Origin: the human T2T-CHM13v2.0 reference genome, Homo sapiens
Strand: one strand, 5' to 3'
Length of the DNA: 64,000 nucleotides
NCBI RefSeq assembly: GCF_009914755.1
Contig: NC_060942.1
Position numbers and translations under genes: made by a program
The notes under the pieces: generated by a model
Databases searched by the model: none
Told to the model about the DNA's origin: nothing
The model's input: the letters and a program-made list of their open reading frames with translations, nothing else
Shown: piece after piece, positions 54,791 to 64,000 of the stretch
Numbering within the stretch: the stretch's first letter is position 1
Layout of the letters: every line of letters starts with the position of its first letter

Positions 54791-57739
54791 ATCAAGAGTA
54801 GGATTTCACAGCGTTGTGATCTCTTTGATAATGCTATGTGTGTGCCATTTTACTGGGTTTTCTGTCCTGACTTTGTTTATTGTCTAAGTCCTCATTTTTG
54901 GACAATCATTTCCCTGAAAAACTGGCTAAATTTTTTATTTTTCCCCCTCAAGTTTTGTTGCATTTCCAAGGCACTGACAATTTTGCATGAACATTTGATG
55001 TATTATTTGGCCCAACCTTCTGAAATTTATGCAGCCTTAAGCATGGCGAATTGGAAAGAGCACTGGAATTGAAGTCAGAAGTTCTTGACTTAATCCTCAA
55101 CTCAGCTACCAACTCTCCCTGTGACCTTGGGCTAGGATAGCCAGGCTGAAATTTGGCTCATTTACACTCCTAGTTCTAAATCAGGCCCTGCTGAGTGTTT
55201 GGACTTTGAAATACTTCTCTGAAGAGACATATACTCATCTAAGCAGTTTGCCAACAATTTCGTGGAGTTTCCTGACATATCTCCATGGAACTCTCAGACT
55301 TTTCAGAGCATGGTTGGAAAACAACTGCCATGAAATCATGGCATTGAATTAACAAAACTCATTTTTTTAATCCACTCATTTATTCCACAAATATTTATTT
55401 TTGATAAGTGCCAAGCTTAATAGGAAATAAATCGAAATGATCCTAGGGATAGAAGATAATAATTTCTTTGACTTAGAAGTCTTGTGATTCCAAAGTCCTT
55501 AAAATGAAAAGAAACTCTATCTCCCATTCTACCCTACCCCCAACACACACACACATATGCACACACACTTCACCACCACCATAGCTGCCAAGCTTCATAA
55601 GTTCCTCCATCTCTGCACTGCTTGTTCATTAGGAGGGTGCCCCTTAAGCAGCACTGGGGCCAGGCTTCAGCTGCTCAGTCATTCTCAATTTGTCTCAGCC
55701 ATATTATTTCTTCCACCAGCCATTTCGGAGCATGTCTATGCCTTCCTTCCATCGTTACTCCATCTTATTTATTTTTTAGTATTTTCTTAACAGTTCCTCC
55801 AGACGCTCTCATTAAGTGCTGGGCTAATTAACCTCCTGTTTCTGAGCAGTGGTGCTGTGGTGAGCTGCCTGGCCTTGCAGGAGGGCTCCTTGTTGCGTGG
55901 GAGGAAGTCGGCCCAGCTCCAGTCCGCTTACACACCTACTAATGGCTCACAACCACACCTGGCACCTACTTAGCAAGGTTGTTTTTGTTTTTGTTTTTTG
56001 ATTTTTTTTTCAAAACTGATGTTCTTTATTCCAGACAAGCATACACCATGGCCCCCGCCACCCTCACTCACTGACAATATCAGTGATTGAAATCTCTCAG
56101 CCCCAGAAACCGGAGCTCTCCATTAACGTTGCAGACATGTTTTCCATGCTACAGACTCAGTAGGCACTTAGCAGCTCCTCTCCAAGATGTTCTGGTTCAT
56201 GGTTAAGAGCAGCTGATACAGCCAGTACCACAGAGAGCCTGCACAGAATCAAAAGCTAGGGATCTCTGGAATTCTGAGGTATGCAAAATGACATGTCACC
56301 ACTGTGGCTTTTCCTCCCCATTTTTATATCCAAGCGAAAATACATTTGAATCTCTTCTCCTAGATTCCTAGCATACCCAGGTTTTAGGGTCATGGTTGAT
56401 GGAACAACTGTTCAATTCTGAACCCCACATTTATAAGAAGGAGAGCAGTAAAATAAACCCTCTCCCTGACCTATTTCATATATAGCTAAGAGAGGAATTT
56501 AGTATTTTGTCCATCCTTGGCTGAGTCTTTCTAGGTTGGGATAATTGATGAATCACTTTTTACTCATTCATCTTTGTGTATCCTGTGGACAAACTTTTTT
56601 TTTTTTTTACCATAATAGCATTGTAAGTTATTAGATGCTCTCTACTTTTTCTTCCTTGCTCTAAATAACATTAGTGTTTCACTTTATAGTTAGCAAAACA
56701 CTTTTAAGCCTGTCATGTTATTGATTCCTCAGTTGGATGAAAGTGTTAGCACCATCTGAGATTAAGAAAGACTTGCCCAAAGCCACCCAAATGAAAATGA
56801 GAACACCAGAAAAAAAAAAAAGGAGAGAAACTTAACTGCCTGAATCTCTGGAGTCTCCCCAGGCCTATTAGGTTTAGCCCCGATGTTACCTCCCTCCATG
56901 CCCAACCCTTTTCTTCTTTCCTTCTCACCTCCACATTCTGCAGACCTTTCCCTTCTACCTCTACCCTCTCATTTGTTCCTGACCCCCTTTCCCAGAGCAT
57001 GGCACAAACATTTTCAAGGCATAAATTTATTTATACATATGGCAATTTTCTTAGTGTCCTATGTCTGATAAATGTCAAAGCTATTCTTCACCAGGTTTCC
57101 GATAAAAGTAGGGCAAAGCTTGATTAACACTATTGTTGAGGAACCACTTGAGAAGTGATATGCATGACAGATTAATATCATTTCTACTTACATACTTTGC
57201 TCTTATTACAGCCAATAAAGCTAGTGTTGTTTTGATGTAAAAGTATTACCCTCCCAACTCCCGTTCTGGTTGCTTCTCCAAGTTTTTCTAGCTGCACTTT
57301 TGATGAAGGAAGGTAGGCTCAAATCTCATTGCTTGAAGCCCTCAGCTTCTCTCAGGGCTCCTGAAAGTAGAACAAAGGAAATAAGGTTTTATAGCTAGAG
57401 AGCAATGGAGCAGGGAGTCAAGGCATGTTTTCCGATTCTGTATGCCTCCTGTGTGACTCTGTGAAAGTCACTAAACCCAACCTGACCTCAGTCATCTCAC
57501 AAGTCAATTGAGAAGATAAGCTAATGTGATTTCAGAGTTTGCTTCTAGCAATGAAATTTTACAATTTTATTTCATAAGGTGGACAAAGTTTTTTTTTTTT
57601 TCCCATTGAGCCAAAGTTTGCTCACTTTTTACCAATTGATAGAAAAAAAATAACCTTTTCCCCTTCACACAATAATTGCCTCAAGTGATCATGGCAACTT
57701 CCACTTTCTCTGTAGTTATCTTCTCCTGAGGCTAATTAA

Positions 57740-58216
<477 letters not shown>

Positions 58217-60669
58217 TGCTTTTCTTCCTTTGTAATATTATTCTCCCTTCTAGAAGACTATTTTTTCCCCTGATGACATTAGAAGCACAATATATACACC
58301 ATCAGTCAATCTATGCTATGGTGTCTCTGGCCTCCTGGGGCTCCAGGTGGAGGTGTCCCCAACCCCAGATGCTGACTGCAGACCCCTGGGCAATATTGCT
58401 GATGTGTCAGACATTGTTGGAATGCTTTTCCTTCTTAAGTGTTCAATAGTCAGAATAATGTGACGTATCTCATATTTCCACTATAGATGAAAACTGGAGG
58501 ATCAGCTTGCCCAAACCCCACAGATCATTTGACTCCAAATCTCAAGCTTTAACTATTAGACTATGAAAAGTGGTGAGGAGGTCATAAGGAAACATAAAAT
58601 AGATTCCAAGGTAGGATAACAATATCTCCGATTCCAACATAACTTAAATAATTGAAAATATCTCAATTCTTAGCTGAAATATTAAGGAAGGATTGAGCAG
58701 ATGGCTTATAGTAAAAAGATGAACCAGAGGTGCCTTTGATTATGATGAGGATGAAAGAGTAAGAACATATAAACTGCTTTCAGCATGCTAACTTCTGCAA
58801 GCCTCAGAGTGGTTTCTAGTTGAGCAGGTAGAAATGTGGATGTGGAGCAACTCTGGATCAATACCCTGGTTTTTCTCCCGCCATGCTATCTGCTAATTCT
58901 CAAGCCTCTTCCCCATCTCCTGACTTCGAAATGCCTGAGTACCCAGCATTCTGTGCACACCCTCAGCTCTTTTGTATCCACAGTCTCTTCCTAAATGTCC
59001 TTCACCCAGGACTAAAATCAGCCTTCTAATCTTGGAATCTGGAGACCAGAATTTGAGAGTCCTATAGCCTAATCAGTCATGGATGCCTCATTTTATTTTT
59101 TCTTGTTTGCTACTGAAACTCCAAATCTTAATTTGCTACCTTTTATTAAGATGCAACTATTTGTCAGAGAGTAACATTAACTAAGGTTTTAATTGCCAAT
59201 ATGTTGGTTCAAATGTATTTACCCAGGTCCTTTCTTGAGATAAGCCAGTACAGGGATAAAGCTCAGCCAACATATAACACAGCATCTCAAATGTGCAGGT
59301 CTTGATGGGATACCTCAGAAAACTAGGAGGCAGCATGAGGGAGACATGAGAAGGAGAGGAGAAGGAGATCATGGGGCCAGGAAGAAAACTGAGGGTGTAA
59401 ACTCATATTAAATATCTCTGAGCAGGTACTATGTTGAGCACCCTCTGGAGCCTACCTCACTTGATCTTCACAAAAATTCTACTACATAAATATCGTTATC
59501 CATATGTCATATGTTGTGGTAGAAACATTCTCAGAGAGTTTAGTTAATAGACCCCAAGTCAGCTGATCAAGGATGATGCAGAAATTTAAATCTGAATTTT
59601 CCTCCATAGCCCGAGCTCTTTTTCACATATGAACCTCTCTTCCTGGTAAGGACAATGCCTAGTACTTGGAAGTAATATTTTAAATGGACTTGAAGGCTAT
59701 TAGATATTATCAGATTGTACTACCTCAACTTGTAAACCACAGTTGCATCACTGTATTTGGCAGGCTGATCTTTGGTACATTGTGAGGTCAGAAGAGCTGT
59801 TGTCAAGGTTTCCCTTTTCTTCTTTTCTCCTTCCTTCAGGTGCCCACTGCTCTCCTTTCCCTTACATAAATCCATGTGCAGTTCCCTCCTTGACAGTATG
59901 GGTTTCTATTCTCTCCCCACAGCTTCTCCCTAAAATCTGATATCCTCTGCACCCAGAAGTTGTGGGAAGCTGGACAACAACCACTGCCATACTGAACTAC
60001 AGTTGCGAATGGAGAGTGGCATATTTTTCAGTTGTGCTGGGTTTATACAAAAAAAAAAAGTCTGAAAATTGCTTGTTTTAAATGAAAAAAAAATTTTTTA
60101 AAGCAGAATTTGCATTTTAATAGGGATTGGAATGTCAAGTGAAAGGAATACAGCTTAGAAAGCAAGTTTTGAGTGAGGGATTCACCATGGCGTTTCAAGA
60201 TCCCTAAGACCATGCCACAGAAGCATGTAGTTAGCTCTTGGGTTAAATTCTGATTCTTAAATATGCTTCCTTGCATTATAGAAAATACAACTTATCTTTT
60301 ATCCTTTTAGACATTGTTTCCAAATGTTGTCTTAATCTGAAAAATAGGTTTCCTAAAGAATAAAAGATAGGTTTTTATTTTCCCCATCTTCAGCGTTAGA
60401 ACCTTGACCACCTCATCCATGCTCTGGTGCAGATGGCCGTATTCAGAGGAGCTGCAGCAAAAGTTTGACTCTACATCTTTATGCTGCTTTGCTTTCTTCT
60501 CAGTTCATGCACAGGACCCATAGCCATAGCTGTGTGGACTATTTTTTCTTCAATCAGTGTTTTCACAGCAAGCTTGATTCTGGCAGCCAACCACAATAGA
60601 ATCATCTGAGACTGGCTGCATACCAAGCCCCTTGGAACTTTGCTCTGCACCTAGGGAGAGGATCACTCT

Positions 60670-60865
60670 GGGGGTTTAATGCTCACTTGGCAAGTTGACC
60701 TTGAATAAATTATTTAACCTTCTGTGACATAATTTCTTCATTTATAAAATAGAGGCATTAATAGCATCAGGCTCATAAGGTTGAGGATTAAATACCATAA
60801 TCCAATATAAAGAGCTTTTTACAGCCCCTAGTACATATTCTATATTCAATTAATGTTAGTTATTA
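60670..60865 (+). mobile_element. MIR
   Basis: gaccttgaataaattatttaacct...aatttcttcatttataaaatagagg...tgaggattaaat. Confidence 0.75.
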
Positions 60866-61749
60866 ATACAATACACTCTTATTCACCCATCTTTCTTCCT
60901 TGTCAAAACATTCCTTAACTCCCAGAAGGAAGGGAAGACACCTTCTTTCAGAGAACTATAAATATTTTCAGAAGTTTCTTGTCCCAATGTCTGCTTATTA
61001 TAAAATAAATGAATAAATAAATATTAAAAAGTCATTATAAGCTATCTGCCTAATATTTGTTTTATAATATACATGCTGTGGAACAATCTCACTGGTCACT
61101 CCGAGCAACTTTAGCTAGCAGGATAGAATTCTCTTTCAAGTTATAGGCCAAATTGATGGGGTCGTAGAAGGCAACTATCCGGTCAACCCCAAAAGTAAGC
61201 TAAATGAAACAGTTTTAGGCTCTATATGGACACTTGTAGCAATGACATTAATTCACTCTGAATGAACAGCTCATTGTTTAAGACTTCAGAGACACCATTG
61301 CCACTCAACTCAACTAAATTGTGATGACTACTTTTGGATATGAATTAAGCTATTGCAATAAACACTACTTTGTGCATTTGCTATGTATACCCTTTGGGAA
61401 AGAACTAGGCAGTGCAGTTTTAGTTTTACCTGACCACTTCAACTTTGCAAGATCTTAACCTGGAAAATTACCTCCAATGTTATATATGTTATATAATACC
61501 TCTATCTCATGGGAATGAAGGTGATCTAATAATCTCATTACACTAAAGTGTTAAGGGCATCATGTATTAGTGTTACTAGAAGGAATTACTTTTTAAATGA
61601 GGAGTCTGGACAGGTCAGTGGGTAATCAAAAGCAGCGAAGATTGATAAACTTTCAGATATCAGTAGTTGAGATATTTGAAGAGAGGAAAATACTTGGCAT
61701 CCATCAAATCACACCACTTAAATGACTCCTTCTGTATATAAAGTTTTTT

Positions 61750-62530
61750 TGTAGCTACTTATTTGTTCACACAAAAGTCTTTGATGAGAAGTTACTACTT
61801 GCAAGTTAGAGGTGCTGGTGCAATAACCAAGACAAGAAAGGTAGACATTTAATAATAAATTAAAGAATTACTATAAGTTACAAAGTATAATGAGTATGTG
61901 ACAGGACTTGAAGGAGTTTGGAGAGTGAGGGAAGGCTGACTTGAAGGTTTTCTACTAAGTCTTGGTAGACATTATACATAAAAGGGAGTTTAACAAGGGA
62001 GAGGAAAAGCACTTCAAGAAGATGGACTAACACTTGCAATGGTCCTAAAGTGAGACAAGTATCATTTCTACGAAGCATTGAGAGGTTGGTATAAACAAAA
62101 CATACAGGGTGGAGGAAAAACGTTAATGAAATAGGAAACTAATAGAGCCCACAGGCTTAATTTGTTTATAAACTATGGTTAATGGTAGCCCCAAGAATAT
62201 TTGCAACAAGGAGTAATCGGATTATATACGTGCCTTTAGAAAGCGCTCTCTGGCTTCATTGTGAGGAATAGGTTAGGCAGAAAGAAGGGAAGAATAAATG
62301 GGGGAGAGACCACACAGGAAGCTATAGCAGCTTCCCTGGGAGTTTGAACCAGAGTGGAGGTTATAAATGGAGAGGAGCGGAAGGGTTTGAGAGATAGTCC
62401 CAAGGTAAGAATTAATAAGATGTTGCATTTGATTTTATAAGAAAGCTGAGGGCAAAGGAGACATCAGGAATAGCCCTTGATTCTTTGATTTGCTTAGCTG
62501 GATGAATGATGATGCCATTTGCAGAGGCAG
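61750..62530 (-). mobile_element. L2 fragment(s)
   Basis: tttagaaagcgctctctggc...gatgaatgatgatgccattt antisense L2 motifs. Confidence 0.65.
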
Positions 62531-62984
62531 AATTGTCTGGAAACTCCAGGTGTTTCTTCTTCAAGATGACTCTGAGTTTGTACTCTGATCACTTCTTCTG
62601 CTTTGCCACATTTTAATTATGGGCAAAATATAGAATGGGAAAACCACAAAAACATAACTTGGAAACAAATAAAGGAAATATTTCCACAATCCAGAAATAA
62701 AAATTGAAAATAAGGTCATTTTGTTTAATTAAAAGAATAATTTAAAAGAAGGGGCTAAACCTGAAGGTCATCTTACCCCAGATTTAAAAACAGGTGGTGG
62801 TGGCCAGGGATTCTGCTTCTCTGGGCAAAGGAGACCAAAAACACTGCATTTTGGAAAGTGACTGAATTCAGGCTCTTTGTTTGAAAGTACAGGATGACTT
62901 TACCACATTCATGAAAATAGGCTACATGAAACAACTTTCTATTCTGATTTCTATTAAGAGAAATGAAAACCAATTTGCTTACCT

Positions 62985-63495
62985 ATAGAGAATGTTTATA
63001 GCTGCTTTATAGGTAATTGCCAAAAAATCGAATCACACCAAATAACTCTCAATTGTGAAACAGATAAGCTGTGGTCCATTCATACAGTGGAATATTGCTT
63101 AACAATTAAAAGGACTAAACTATTGACACATGCCACTACGTGCATAACATTCGAATACATGATGCCAAGTAAGGAATCCAGATTCAAAAGGCTGCACACT
63201 TTATGATTTCATGTATATGACATTCTGAAAAAGCCACAACTGTAGGAATGGAGAATACATCAGTGGTTCCCAGGGGCTGAATGGTAGAAATGGGAGAAGG
63301 ATGTGGAGGATGTCACTACAAAAGGTAGCACAGGGGAATTTCATACATGATGTGTTGATGAGGAATGTTGATAGAGCAGTTTTGTTTCTTGATTATAGTG
63401 GTAATTTCAGGATTACATGCATTTGTCAGAATCTTCACTGTATACCAAAAACAAGAAATTTTGTTCTATGTTTAATTAAAAATGAATAAAATTAA
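62985..63495 (+). mobile_element. L1ME/L1MD 3' end
   Basis: gaatgtttatagctgctttata...catacagtggaatatt...tatatgacattctgaaaaag...catttgtcagaa. Confidence 0.8.
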
Positions 63496-63639
63496 ACCTG
63501 GATTATGATTCTCAGATGCTTGCACTTATGAGACCTGGATCTTGAAAACTAGTGGAGGTAGTTGCAAAACCACTAGGAGTGAGAGACGAGCACAGAATAG
63601 AAAGAGAACTAGAGAAAAATAATCTCCACACAACATACA

Positions 63640-64000
63640 CCTATAACCCCAAATTTCAAAACAAATGAAAACATCAAATACCAAGTAAGAAAGTCAAAAG
63701 AAAAAAAAACTGACTAGAAGAACGACTTCCTCACTTAAAACCAATGTTATAGTCAGATGAAGAATTTAAGATAATTATGTTTTATATGAGTAAGGATATA
63801 ACTGATAAAATAACTTTATTTTAGAAGAAGAAATTATTTTTAAAATAAGCTATAATAAAATAAAATGCGGATAAATAAAAGAAACAACTAGAAAATCTTG
63901 CATGATCAAATATTCCTATTGATATAAATATTTTATTGGTAATGGCAATTCAAGATGGGCTACAATCATAATTGTGGTACAACAATAATATTTAGAGTTG
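63640..64000 (+). mobile_element. Possible ancient L1/HAL1 ORF1-region remnant
   Basis: A-rich, with aaaagaaacaactagaaaatctt resembling old L1 ORF1 sequence; weak. Confidence 0.3.

Noticed and set aside
59805-59845. Strong + strand splice-acceptor-like pyrimidine tract (also at ~9912-9929)
   Set aside because: No convincing paired donor or coding frame; such tracts are common

Overview
This is primate (human-like) AT-rich non-coding DNA, either intergenic or deep-intronic. I can support no protein-coding gene, RNA gene, CpG island or CRISPR-like system. The ORF track is explained by Alu, L1, LTR and microsatellite sequence or by chance. Much of the window is interspersed repeats: AluJ/S/Y, FLAM, L1PA/L1MB/L1ME, L2, MIR, THE1/MST/MLT1A/MLT2A, ERV1 solo LTRs, Tigger3b, MER33 and a MER20-like MITE, several of them nested with readable TSDs. 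The best observations are local rearrangement scars: a perfect 26-bp fold-back insertion in an old L1, a 50-bp unique segment duplicated 2 kb away, a twin-primed L1 with a 32-bp duplicated junction, and an unexplained ~115-bp insert between two Alu 5' ends. There are also a few repeat-poor candidate enhancers and cryptic splice signals. Repeat subfamily calls come from recalled consensus sequences, and boundaries of old elements are approximate. I found no evidence for a new biological system.
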